Below, piece after piece: positions 25,059 to 36,300 of a DNA stretch of 64,000 bases (position 1 is the stretch's first letter; the number at the start of each line of letters is the position of its first letter). A model generated the notes under the pieces. That model searched no databases. It had not been told where the DNA came from and worked only from the letters and a program-made list of their open reading frames with translations. Position numbers and translations under genes: made by a program. Source of the stretch: an uncultured Planctomycetia bacterium. Its GTDB lineage: Bacteria; Omnitrophota; Gorgyraeia; 2-02-FULL-51-18; JAGOUK01. The DNA is taken from contig CAYSFB010000002.1 of assembly GCA_964430735.1 (NCBI GenBank), forward strand, positions 7,390 through 71,389. The letters run 5' to 3'.

Positions 25059-26687
25059 TCACGAAAGTTCGAAGCGGGTGTATTTGCGATCGGCCGGCGG
25101 TACGTCCCAATCGATGAAGCGGTAACCGAGGCCGATGGGCGTCACGTCGACGTTTTGGAAGCGCTTATGCACCACCGGCAGCGCGTCGGCGACATAGATA
25201 AAGAGATAGGGCTTGTCCGCCGCGATCAACGCATGGATGCGGCGGCAGATCCGCGCACGCTCGTCCCGGTCAAAATTCCGCTGCGCCTCCAGGATGAGCC
25301 GGTCCACCTCGTCATTTTTGTAGCCAATGAAGTTGAATTCCCCCGGCCCCGTCTTGGACGAATGCCAGATGTCGTACGGGTCCGGGTCGCGCGAAAGCCC
25401 CCACGCCAACAGCACCATATCGAACTTCCGCGCGTCGACGACATTCTTCAGGAAGGAGCTCCACTCGATGATTTTGATCCGCATCTTCACACCCACGTCC
25501 GCGAACCGCCGCTGCAGGATCTCGGCGATCATCTGGCGCTGGACCACACCCTGGTTGGTGACGATCGTGAACTCGAACGGCTTGCCGTCCTTTTCGCGCA
25601 CACCGTCGCCGTCCGTGTCGCGCCAACCGGCCTCCTCGAGCAGCCGCCGGGCCTCCGCCGGATCAAACGGGCTCGGCTTCACGTCGGGATTATAAGCCCA
25701 CGAATCGGGGCTGAAAGGGCCCGTGACGGGCCTCCCGAGGCCCAGGAGGACCCCGTCGATGATCTCCTGCCGGTCGATGGCCATATCCAGCGCCTGCCGA
25801 ACCCGCGCGTCGGCAAACAACGGGCTCGCCAGGTTAAACGCCGCAAACGTATAACCGAAGCTCGGGTAGCGGTACTTGCCGTAGGTTTTTTTAAAAAAAT
25901 CCGAATCCGTCAGCCGCGCATACTGCAAAGGCGTCAAAGCCGTCGAGTCGATCGATTCCTGATGCAGCTCCAGAAACGTCGTCGCCGGATCGGGCACGAC
26001 CCGGATTACGATCCGGTCGATGCCCGGCCGGCCCTCGTGATAATCCGGGTTCGCGTACAATTCGACCCGGTCCCCCGATACCCAGCGTCCGAACCGGTAA
26101 GGGCCGGTCCCGACCGGCCGGCGCGCGAATTCGGTCTTCATCAGGTTTTCGTTCTCGAGCAGATGCTTGGGCACGATGGACATCCCCCAGCTCGAGAGCG
26201 CCGGGCTGTACGGCTCGTCGTAATGGACCCGGACGGTGAACGCGTCCGGCGTTTCGAGCTTCGAGACGCGCTTGAAGTCGCTGCCGTACGGCGTGGGAAG
26301 ATCGGGGTCGGTGAGCTTGGCGAAGGTAAACGCGACGTCGGCCGACGTGAACGGTCTGCCGTCATGCCAGCGCACGTCCTTGCGCAGATGAAAAACGAAG
26401 GTCCGGCCCCCGTCGAGGGTTTCCCAGGATTCGGCGAGGTCTCCCTCGAGCTCCAGCTGCGGATTGTAACGGACAAGGCCGTTGAAGATGCGTTCGGCCG
26501 CGTCGTGCGACGCCGAATCGGTCGCCAAAAACGGAATCAGGTTGGAAGGTTCGGCGCTGGACGCCGTGACGAAGGAATCCCCCGCGCACGCGGACGGGAC
26601 CGGCAGCGCAACCGCCGTCAGAAAAAGAAAAAACGCCGCGAACAGAATTCGCGGCGTTTTTTGAAGACCGGTTCGCTGCGTGCGCAA
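25059..26687 (-). CDS. oppA: ABC transporter substrate-binding protein, family 5 (OppA/DppA-like), secreted
   Basis: 542 aa. A signal peptide runs MRTQRTGLQKTPRILFAAFFLFLTAVALPVPSACAG. The family-5 SBP core is present (YRFGRWVSGDRVELYANPDYHEG..., NQGVVQRQMIAE). Confidence 0.8.
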   Translation of the reverse strand: MRTQRTGLQKTPRILFAAFFLFLTAVALPVPSACAGDSFVTASSAEPSNLIPFLATDSASHDAAERIFNGLVRYNPQLELEGDLAESWETLDGGRTFVFHLRKDVRWHDGRPFTSADVAFTFAKLTDPDLPTPYGSDFKRVSKLETPDAFTVRVHYDEPYSPALSSWGMSIVPKHLLENENLMKTEFARRPVGTGPYRFGRWVSGDRVELYANPDYHEGRPGIDRIVIRVVPDPATTFLELHQESIDSTALTPLQYARLTDSDFFKKTYGKYRYPSFGYTFAAFNLASPLFADARVRQALDMAIDRQEIIDGVLLGLGRPVTGPFSPDSWAYNPDVKPSPFDPAEARRLLEEAGWRDTDGDGVREKDGKPFEFTIVTNQGVVQRQMIAEILQRRFADVGVKMRIKIIEWSSFLKNVVDARKFDMVLLAWGLSRDPDPYDIWHSSKTGPGEFNFIGYKNDEVDRLILEAQRNFDRDERARICRRIHALIAADKPYLFIYVADALPVVHKRFQNVDVTPIGLGYRFIDWDVPPADRKYTRFELS

Positions 26688-26705
26688 CGCCGTGTCGATG
26701 TCCCG

Positions 26706-27200
26706 TTACTGCTTCGGCGCTTCCGGAGCGGCCGGCGAGGAAGGAGCCGAGGCGGTTGCGGCGGCCTGGACCTTCTTGGCAGCTTCCTTGACGGCGTCTT
26801 CGGCCGAGATCAGGGTCTTTTCCCCGGCGGCCTGACTTTCCTTGGCCTGAGCAGCGAGCGCCTTGACGGCGTCTTCGAGGGCCTTCTGGTCGAGTTGCTT
26901 GCCTTCGGGGGTCGTCGTGTCAAAAATCGGCTGGATCCGCGCGCCTTCCATGAGCGACTTGGACCGGCGCGAGGTCATGAGCACCAGCGAAATCGACGTG
27001 ATGAGGAACGCGATCGCGCAGTACGACGTGAACTTCATCAGAAGCGCGTTCGTCTGCGTGCCGAACATCTTCTGCGTCTGCTGGGCGCCGCCGCCGGCCA
27101 TTTCGGAGAGACCTCCGCCCCGCCCCGACTGGAGCAGGATGACCGCGATCAGTACCAGGCACGCGATGATATGAAAAAAAACAAAAATACCGTAGATCAT
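26706..27200 (-). CDS. secG: Preprotein translocase subunit SecG with a C-terminal Ala/Glu/Lys-rich extension
   Basis: The N-terminal 95 aa match SecG (ILLQSGRGGGLSEMAGGG...FG and a second TM). This is the classic tpiA-secG order. It is 164 aa against about 110 typical, with a roughly 65-aa low-complexity tail. Confidence 0.75.
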   Translation of the reverse strand: MIYGIFVFFHIIACLVLIAVILLQSGRGGGLSEMAGGGAQQTQKMFGTQTNALLMKFTSYCAIAFLITSISLVLMTSRRSKSLMEGARIQPIFDTTTPEGKQLDQKALEDAVKALAAQAKESQAAGEKTLISAEDAVKEAAKKVQAAATASAPSSPAAPEAPKQ

Positions 27201-27967
27201 GACACCACCTGAGCTTGAGCCGCGCGGATGATCCCGGCGAACGAAGCGACTTCGAGGCTCGCTCCGCCCACGAGGGCTCCGTCGACATCCGGCTGGCGGA
27301 GGATCTCGGCGGCGTTTTCGGGCTTCACCGAACCGCCGTACAGCATCGGCAGTTCCTGCGCCAGGCCCGGGAAATACAATTGACCGATGAGCGTGCGGAT
27401 GAACAAATGCGCTTCCTGCGCCTGCTCGGGCGTCGCCACCTTGCCGGTGCCGATGGCCCAGACGGGCTCATACGCGATGTAGCAGCCGGCCGCGTCTTCG
27501 GGCGAAACGCCCGCGAACGCGCCCTTGATCTGCTTCTCGAGAACTTCGTTGGTCTTGCCGGCCTCGCGCTCCTTGAGCGTTTCGCCGACGCAGACGATCG
27601 GGGTGAGACCCACGCCGACCGCGGACTGGATGCGCTTGTTGACGGTCGCATCCGTCTCGCCGAACAGCTGACGCCGTTCGGAGTGGCCGATGATCGCGAA
27701 TTCGCAGCCGGTATCCTTGAGGAGCACGCCGGAGACTTCACCCGTAAACGCGCCCTTGTCTTCCCAGTAGAGGTTCTGCGCGCCGAGCTTGATCTCGGAG
27801 TCGCCGATCGCGTCATAGACGGCCGACAGCGCCGTGAACACGGGGCACAGGATGATTTCCGGCGCGTCGTCGCCGAAATTTTCGCGCTTGAGCAGGGTCG
27901 TAAATTTGACGGCTTCGCCGATGGTCTTCTGGAGCTTCCAGTTGCCTGCGATGACTTTCTTTCTCAT
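27197..27967 (-). CDS. tpiA: Triosephosphate isomerase
   Basis: 257 aa from the ATG at 27967 (MRKKVIAGNWKLQ..., catalytic HSERR, AYEPVWAIGTG). The 42-aa N-terminal extension in the ORF track overlaps pgk and is rejected. Confidence 0.9.
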   Translation of the reverse strand: MRKKVIAGNWKLQKTIGEAVKFTTLLKRENFGDDAPEIILCPVFTALSAVYDAIGDSEIKLGAQNLYWEDKGAFTGEVSGVLLKDTGCEFAIIGHSERRQLFGETDATVNKRIQSAVGVGLTPIVCVGETLKEREAGKTNEVLEKQIKGAFAGVSPEDAAGCYIAYEPVWAIGTGKVATPEQAQEAHLFIRTLIGQLYFPGLAQELPMLYGGSVKPENAAEILRQPDVDGALVGGASLEVASFAGIIRAAQAQVVS

Positions 27968-27969
27968 GG

Positions 27970-29154
27970 CTATTTTTTCTCCGGTAAAAGGTCGATGCCG
28001 GGGAGCTTTTTTCCCTCGAGATATTCGAGAGAAGCGCCGCCGCCGGTGGAAATGTGGGACATCTTGGGCGCCAGACCGAGCAGGGTCACGCACGCCGCCG
28101 TGTCTCCCCCACCGATGATCGACACGCAGTTGGGGTTATTGGCCAGCGCCTGGGCGACGCCCAGCGAGCCGTTCTTGAAGTTCTTCATTTCGAACACGCC
28201 CATCGGGCCGTTCCAGACGACCGTCTTGGCGCTCTTGAGGGCCTCGGCGAAGAGTTGGGTGGTCTTGGGGCCGATATCGACGCCGTCCCAGCCTTCCTGG
28301 ATGCCTTCCTGGATCTGGAAGGGCGCGTCTTCGCGGAATTCCTGGACGACCACATGGTCGACGGGAAGCAGGACCTTGACGCCCTGGGCGGCGGCCTTCT
28401 TGAGGATTTCGCCGGCGAGCTCGACCTTGTCCTTTTCGAACCGGGACTTGCCGATCGGGTAGCCGGTGACCTTGGCGAACGTGTAGGCCATGGCGCCGCC
28501 GATCACGATCATGTCGACCTTCGGGATCATGTTCTCGATGAGGCCGATCTTGTCGGAGACTTTGGCGCCGCCGAGGATGAGGACGAAGGGCTTGGCGGGG
28601 TTCTTGGTGGCTCCGCCGATGTACTTGATCTCCTTGCCGAGCAGGAAGCCCGCGCCGGACGGCAGGTGCGCGACGATGCCCGCGACCGACGCGTGCGCGC
28701 GGTGGCTGGTGCCGAAGGCGTCGTTGACGTACACGTCGCCGTTGGCCGACAGGGCCTTGGCAAAATTGGGTTCGTTCTTCTCTTCTTCGGCGTGGAAGCG
28801 CAGGTTCTCGAGCAGGATCACCGCGTCTTTGGGGGCCTTGGCGATTTCGGCGGCGACGTTCGGGCCGACGCAATCGGAGGCCTGCACGACCGGGCGGCCG
28901 AGGAGCTTGGAAAGGTGGTCGGCCACGGGCTTCAGGCTCATCGCGGAGTTGGGCTTGCCGTCGGGGCGGCCCAAGTGGCTCATCAGGATGACGCGCGAGG
29001 CGCCCTTGTCGAGCGCGTACTTGATCGTCGGCAGCGACTCGCGAACGCGGGTGTCGTCGGTGATTTTTTGATTGGCATCGAGCGGAACGTTGAAGTCCAC
29101 GCGGATCAGGACGCGCTTGCCGTTGAGCTGAAGGTCTTCGATGGTCTGTTTCAT
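27970..29154 (-). CDS. pgk: Phosphoglycerate kinase
   Basis: 394 aa with Pgk signatures (RVDFNVPLD, SHLGRP, GGGASLE). Confidence 0.9.
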   Translation of the reverse strand: MKQTIEDLQLNGKRVLIRVDFNVPLDANQKITDDTRVRESLPTIKYALDKGASRVILMSHLGRPDGKPNSAMSLKPVADHLSKLLGRPVVQASDCVGPNVAAEIAKAPKDAVILLENLRFHAEEEKNEPNFAKALSANGDVYVNDAFGTSHRAHASVAGIVAHLPSGAGFLLGKEIKYIGGATKNPAKPFVLILGGAKVSDKIGLIENMIPKVDMIVIGGAMAYTFAKVTGYPIGKSRFEKDKVELAGEILKKAAAQGVKVLLPVDHVVVQEFREDAPFQIQEGIQEGWDGVDIGPKTTQLFAEALKSAKTVVWNGPMGVFEMKNFKNGSLGVAQALANNPNCVSIIGGGDTAACVTLLGLAPKMSHISTGGGASLEYLEGKKLPGIDLLPEKK

Positions 29155-29196
29155 GAAAAAGTTTTTTCCTTAAGAAATGCTCGCGAAACGTTCGTT

Positions 29197-29240
29197 CGAA
29201 AAAAAGCCCGGCCGCCCTTCTGAAGGGCGCGGCCGGGCTT
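29197..29240 (-). terminator. Rho-independent terminator/attenuator hairpin between gap and pgk
   Basis: A GC-rich inverted repeat (AAGCCCGGCCGCCCTTC tga AGGGCGCGGCCGGGCTT) is followed on the minus-strand transcript by a U7 run (plus-strand A7 at 29197..29203). It lies between the gap stop (29253) and the pgk start (29154). Confidence 0.7.
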
Positions 29241-29252
29241 GAAGATCAGATC

Positions 29253-30281
29253 CTAGCGGACGCCTGCTTCGACCGGCAGTTTTTTGCCGATGAATTTGCA
29301 GAGGTCGACGACGCGGCTCGAATAGCCCCACTCGTTGTCGTACCAGCTGAACACCTTGACCAGGCGCTTGTTCAGTACGCTCGTCATCTGGGAGTCGATG
29401 ATCGAGGAGTGCGGATTGCCGTTGAAGTCCTTGGAGACCAGCGGCAGGTCGCAAACTTCCAGGATGCCCTTGAGTTCGGCGCCGGCGGCGCGCTTGAGTT
29501 CGGCGTTGATCTCTTCCTTGGTCGTGTCCTTCTCGACTTCGCAGACGAGGTCGACGAGCGACACGTTCGGGGTCGGGACGCGGATCGCGCAGCCGTCGAT
29601 CAGGCCTTTGACTTCCGGGAGCACGAGCGACACGGCCTTGGCGGCGCCGGTCGTGGTCGGGATCATCGAAAGGGCCGCGGCGCGGGAGCGGCGCAGGTCC
29701 TTGTGACCGAGGTCGAGCACCTGCTGGTCGTTGGTGTAGGAATGGATGGTGGTCATGAAGCCCTGCTTGAAGCCGAAGCGGTTGCGCAGGACCTTGACGA
29801 ACGGCGCGAGGCAGTTCGTCGTGCAGGACGCGTTCGAGATGACGTGGTGGTTCGCCGCGTCGTACTTCTCTTCGTTGACGCCGAGCACGATGGTGATGTC
29901 CTCGTTCGTCGCGGGGGCCGAGATGATGACTTTCTTGGCTCCGCCCTTCAGATGCGCGGCGGCCTTCTCTTTATCGGTGAACACGCCGGTCGATTCGACG
30001 ACGATGTCGACCTTGTGCTGGCCCCAGGGGATCTGCGCCGGGTCGCGGAACGAGAGCATCGCGATCTCGCGGCCGTTGACGACGAGGTTGGTGTCCTTCA
30101 CGCGGACCTCGCCCGGGAAAATGCCGAGGATGGAATCGTACTTCAGAAGATGCGCGTGCGTCTCGATGGGCACGGGCAGGTCGTTGATCGCAACGATCTG
30201 AATATCCGGGTTGCTCTGTGCGGCGCGGAAAATGTTGCGCCCGATGCGTCCAAAACCATTGATGCCTACACGAATCGCCAT
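29253..30281 (-). CDS. gap: Glyceraldehyde-3-phosphate dehydrogenase (type I)
   Basis: 342 aa ([15 protein letters not shown]..., [10 protein letters not shown]..., catalytic Cys context). Confidence 0.9.
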   Translation of the reverse strand: MAIRVGINGFGRIGRNIFRAAQSNPDIQIVAINDLPVPIETHAHLLKYDSILGIFPGEVRVKDTNLVVNGREIAMLSFRDPAQIPWGQHKVDIVVESTGVFTDKEKAAAHLKGGAKKVIISAPATNEDITIVLGVNEEKYDAANHHVISNASCTTNCLAPFVKVLRNRFGFKQGFMTTIHSYTNDQQVLDLGHKDLRRSRAAALSMIPTTTGAAKAVSLVLPEVKGLIDGCAIRVPTPNVSLVDLVCEVEKDTTKEEINAELKRAAGAELKGILEVCDLPLVSKDFNGNPHSSIIDSQMTSVLNKRLVKVFSWYDNEWGYSSRVVDLCKFIGKKLPVEAGVR

Positions 30282-30376
30282 GATGTTCCTCCTTGAAAAA
30301 GCTTGTAATAAGAAAGCGGAATTATACCCCCGACCCGGTCCGGAGGCAAGTCAAACAAGGGTTTGGCGAAGGTCGG

Positions 30377-33300
30377 CTAGGAAGCGGAGCGGCCCGTCGG
30401 CAGGGTCGACTTGACCCCTCCGGAGGCGTCTTGGAGCTGGATGGACCGGCCGTCCGAGGATAGGCCGATTGTGGAAACACCTTCAACCTCGATCGTCTCT
30501 TCAGCGGTACCGGTTTTGGTGTTGATCTTGGAGACCGTGCCGTCCAGGCGGTTGAAGACAAAGAGGAAGTTGCCGTCCGGAGTTAACACGATGCGGGAGG
30601 GTTGTGAACCCGTCTTAAAGGTATTGACGACATCCCCTGTCGTGGAGCTCACCGCCACAATGGAGTCGCTGATCCCGTCAGCGATGTAAATGACGCCGCT
30701 GGAGCCGTCCATCACCAGGTCGGTGGTGGAATCCGTGATGTGCGATTCGATGAGTTCCACGATAGCAGGATCGAGGCCGGCAAGCTGTGCGGTCACGTAA
30801 GGATCAGCTGCGGGTCCGGAATTTTCATTTCCCCCATCCAAAGAACCGCCCGAACCGGACGAGCCGCCGCCGAATCCGCCGGAATCGCCGGTAGTCTGGA
30901 TCGCGGCCTGCAGCTCGTTGGTGATCGTCTCTTCGGTCACGACCGTCGCCGCCGGCGCTTCAGCTCCAAAGTCCCATCCAAGGTTGTTACCTCCATCCAC
31001 GGCATTTGTCGCCACCGGCTCAAGACCGCCCGTTGCATCGGAATCGGTGATCTCGATCCAATCCACATCGAAGGTGCCGCTGGCAACCAAATCCCAGCGA
31101 GTACCGGGATTCGACGACAGAAGATTCACGCGGTCATCCGCATCGATGCCGTTGATGGTCAGGAGTCCCGTGACGGTGAACGTGGATCCGGCTTCGAACG
31201 TCAGGGATACGTCCGTGCTGTCATCTGCCGCGTCGATCTTGGTGAGATCATAGAACGTGGTGTCCCCCGCCAAGGACTGGTCTCCGCCGTCGAACACCAC
31301 GCTGCCTGCCTGGGCAGTGAAGGTTCCGTTATTCGTCCAGTCTCCGGCGATGTTGATCTGGTAGTTGGAACCCGAAACATCCAGCGTGGAACCTGCGTCG
31401 ATTGTGAGAGTCAAATCAACATCAAGATTGCTCGCCAGAGTCACAGTGCTGTTGTTGGAGATCTGGAGGTTGTAAAAAGTACCGCCGTTCAGGGCGCCGG
31501 AGCCGTCCAGGACCACAAGACCGTTCCGCGCCGTAAAAGTTCCAGCGTTGTTAAAATCACTGCCGACATTCACTTGATAGTCGGATCCCGAAACATCGAG
31601 CGTGGACCCGGCGTCGATCGTGAGGCTCATATCGACGTCCAAGGCGCTGTTCAAGGTCACGGTGCTGTTGTTGGACAGTTGGACATCATAAAACGACTGT
31701 CCGCCCGGAATGAGCGTAGTCGTGCCGTTGAACACCACAAGACTCGTCCCCGCCGTGAACGTGCCGCCCACTTCCCAAAGACCTCCGACCGTGACGGTAT
31801 TAGCTCCGGGCGAGAAGGTTCCGGCGGCAGCGATGAGCATATTAGTTGTCGTGACGTCTCCGCCGGGGGTAAAGGTGCCGCTCATAACCGCAAGGCCATT
31901 GCTCCCCGCCATCGTCAGATCTCCGCCTGAGACCCCGTAGATGGCGGAGATATCCCCGTCCCCATTCGCGTCGGCGGTGTTGAGCGTCGTGTTCGTAGCG
32001 GGGCCTGTCCCGTCCTGACGGATAAGCAGATAGTTCTGGTAGACGTCCAGTCCGGTGTAAGTAGCTGCATCGTTGATCTGGACCGTGACACCCTGCTCAG
32101 CTTCCCCATCGATGTAGATCGTGATGATGTCCCCGTCAACCAGAGCAGTGGAAAGAGTGATCGAGTATGCGCCCGATCCGTCCGTATCGTCCGTCCCGTC
32201 CGCAGCAGCTCCGTTGATCGAGATGGCAATAGTCTTGCCGGCCCCGATATTGGTCACACCGAAGTCAGTAAAGACCGTGCCGGTGATCGTGGGGCCGGAC
32301 ACGAAGTCCCAATTGGTGTTGTTGCCGCTGTCGACGCTGGTACCGTCGGTTGCATCGATCACCGTCGCATGAATGTTATTGGAATCAATGACGTCGACAT
32401 TCGAGATCGTCCTCGTGCCTTGAGGGTCAATCGACCATTGAGTGCCGCCTGAATCGCTCTGGAGGACAAGGTCGGCTACCCCGTCGCCTTGAAGGGTCAA
32501 AGCACCCAAGATCGTCTGAGTGCTGCCGTTGGCAAAGGTGATCGAACCTCCGGAGCCGGTCTTGGTGAGGTTATAGAAGGTGGTGCTGCCGTTGATGGTT
32601 TGATCGTCACCCTGAAAAGTCACGGTCCCTTGCTGGGCGGTAAATGTACCGTTGTTGGTCCAGCTCCCATCGATGAGGATCTGATGATCATCTCCCGAGA
32701 CGTCCAACTCCGATCCTGCGTCAATGGTGAGCAGGTGCGCAACTTCGATCCCGATCCCCAACACCACCGTCGTGTTGTTCGAGATTTGCAGGTCGTAAAA
32801 ACCGCCGCCGAGAATGATAATTGAGGAGCCTCCTCCGTCAAAGATCACTGCGCCCTGCTGAAAACTAAAAGTACCGCCGTTCGACCAATCCCCGCCGACA
32901 TTGATCTGCCAGTCGGCTCCCGAAACATCCAGCGTCGAACCGGAATCGATGGACAGATCATTGCCTACGACCAGCGCCCCGCCTAGCGTTACGGTGGTGT
33001 TATTTGATATCTGGAAGTCGGTGAAGTTGCCTCCCGTGACGGTGGACGTACTACCGCCGTCAAAAACCACCAGCCCTCCCTGCGCGACGAAGGTGCCGGC
33101 GTTGGCAAAGTCCGCGCCGATATTCACCTGATAATTGGAACCCGACACCCCGAGGGTGGATCCCGTATCGATCGTCAGACCACCATCCAGATCCAAAGCG
33201 CCCGTCAAAGTGATCGTGGTGTTGCTCGAAAGCTGAAGGTTGAAAAAGCTTCCTTCCAGTGTGATCGCCTGTCCGCCGTCGAAGACAACAAGACCACTCC

Positions 33301-36300
33301 GGGCGTTGAAAGTGCCGGCGTTCGCGAAATCCCCCGCCACATTGATCTGATAATCCGAGCCGGAGACATCCAACGTCGACCCGGCGTCAATGGTCAGATC
33401 GTTTTGGACGGTGATGGCGCTGCCCAGCGTCAAGACGGCATTATTCGAGACCTGGAGACTGTAGAAGTCGGCCGAAGTGGACGTCCCGGGGCCGTCATAG
33501 ACCACCAGACCGCTCCGGAAAGCAAAGGTTCCGGAATTTGTAAAATCACCGCTGATATTCATCTGATAGTTGGATCCCGAAACATCCAGGGTCGACCCGG
33601 AATCGATGGTCAGTGCGTGAGCGCTCATCGCCCCGCCCAAAGTCATCGTGCTGTTGCCGGAAATCTGGAGATCGTAGAACGAACCGCCCACAACGGTGGC
33701 TGAGCCGGTAAATATCGTCAAACCGGTCTGGCTCGAAAAGGTGCCGCTATTGGTCCAATCCCCGCTGACGCTGATCTGATAGCTCGAACCCGAAACATCC
33801 AGGGTCGATCCCGCGTCGATCGTGAGCGCATGCACCGATATTGCGGCCCCAAGCGTCACCGAGCTGTTATTGGAGATCTGAAGGTCGTAAATACTCAGAC
33901 CCGGGGCCGTTATCGTTTGACCTCCGTCAAACACCAGGAGGCCGCTGCGAGCCGTAAAGGTACCCGACTTGATAAAGTCTCTTCCGATATAGACCTGGTA
34001 ATTCGAACCCGACACATCCAGCGTGGAACCCGCGTCAATAGTCAGATCATTGTCCACATCAAGATTGCTGCCGAGGGTCATGGTGCTGTTGTTGGATATC
34101 TGGAGGTTGTAGAAGGTGCCTCCGGTGATGCCCTCTGAGACGTTGAAGACGACCAGGCCGTTCCGGGGATTAAAAGTGCCGTTGTTGGTAAAACCGCTCG
34201 AGAGGTCCAATTGAAAGTTCGACGCCGACACGTCCAGCGTGGAACCGGCGTCGATATTGATCCCGTGAAGCGTGATGGCAGCCCCCAGGGTCAGGGTCGT
34301 GCTATTGGTCAAATAAAGGTCGTAGACGTTGAAGTCCAGAGATGTGGACTGTCCTCCGTCAAAGTACAGAACTCCCGCCTGCGCATTAAAGGTACCGGCC
34401 TTCGAGAAGCCCCCTCCGACATTGATCTGATAATTGGATCCCGAAACATCCAGCGTCGATCCGGCGTCGATCGTGAGGTCATTATCCACGTCAAAATTGC
34501 TTCCAAGCGTTGCAGTGCTGTTGTTGGAGACCTGGAAATTGTAAAAAGTTCCTCCCGACACTGAGCCGCTTCCGTCCAGCACCACAGAACCGTTCCGCGG
34601 ATTAAAAGTACCGGCATTAATCCAACTGGCCCCGACATTGATCTGATGGTTCGACCCGGAGACGTCCAGTGTGGAACCCGCGTCGATCGTGAGATCATTG
34701 TTGACGTCAAGCGCGCCCCCCAACGTCACCGTGCTGTTGTTGGAAATCTGAAGGGCATAAAAATTACCGCCAGTCACCGTACCGGCTCCGTCCAGAACGA
34801 CCAACCCCGCGTTCGGAATAAAAGTACCGTTATTGATCCAATCAACCCCCACGTTGATCTGATAACTGGCGCCCGAAAGGTCCAGCAATGAGCCGGCGTC
34901 GATCGTCAGCGAACCATCGATGTCCAATGCAGCCGACGGGTTGATCGTGGTGTTGTTGGACAGCTGCAAGTCATAAAAGTTCCCCTGAAGCGCGGTGGTT
35001 TGACCGCCGTCAAAGACGACTGTTGCAATATTGGGAGTAAATGTGCCGGCGTTCGACCAATCCCCTCCAATAGTGATATTAGAACCCCCCGCATTCAAAG
35101 TCGCCCCCGCATCGATCGTGATATCGTTGTCGGCGTCCAAGACACTACCCAAAGTCACCGTGCCGCCACTCGCGATCTGAAAATCATAAAAAGTGCCTCC
35201 GGTGACGGTACTGGTCCCGTCGATCACGACCAGACCGCCCCGCGGGATAAAGGAACCGGAATTGGCGAAGTCTCCGGCAACGTTCAGCTGATAATTGGAT
35301 CCTGAGACATCCAGGGTCGATCCCGCGCCGATGTTGAGAGCGCCGTTCACATCCAAAGGCGCATCCAGCGTGATCGTGGTGTTATTGCTGAGCTCCAGAA
35401 GGTAGAAGTTGCCGTTCAACGCGGTGGACTGGCCGCCGTCAAAGACCACGGCCCCGGTTTGATACGTGAAGGTCCCGCTATTGGACCAGTCGCCTCCAAC
35501 AGCAATGTCATAATTCGACCCCGAAACGTCCAAGGTCGCTGTTCCACCGATCGTGAGATCGTTATCCACGTCCAAGTTGCTGCCCAGGGTCGCCGTGCAG
35601 CCGGCCGAGATCTGAAGGTCATAAAAATTCCCTCCGGCAATGGTGCCCGTGCCGTCAAAGACCACAATTCCCGACCGAGGCACAAAGGTGCCGGAATTGT
35701 CCCAGCCGGTCGCGACGTTGATCTGAAAATTAGACCCGCTCTTGACGTCCACCGTCGCTCCGGCGGCAATGGTGATCGTTCCGTCGGCGTTCAGGGCGCT
35801 CTGGAACTCATACGTCGGACTGCCGCCGCCGTTTTCGAAGCTGATATTTCCATAGGTCGACGCGCCAAAGTTGAGTGTCTTGGTCCCCGAAACGGCGTTG
35901 AAGTGAAGCGTCGGACTCAGATCCGTGTTCAACGTTCCGCCGGAGGCGTCCCAATTCCCGGTGATATACATCGACCATCCGGCGGCGTTCGTGTCGAGAG
36001 TGCCTGTGAGCGTTAAATCGTTGTCCACGTGGAAATCGGCGTCGAGCGTGTAAGACCCCGACACGACAAGGTTATAAAATCCGTTCGCGCCTCCGGAAAA
36101 GCTCCCGGTTCCGGACAACGTGACCGTGCTCGAGTTGGCCGTAAACGTCCCGGCGTTGGTCCAATCCCCCGCCACGTCGACCGAATAATTGCTTCCCGAA
36201 GTGTCCAGCGTAGAACCCGCGTCGATGACGAGGTCGCCGTCCAGATCCAGATTTGCCCCCAACGTCATGGTGGTGTTCCCGGAAAGCCGGAGACTGTAAA

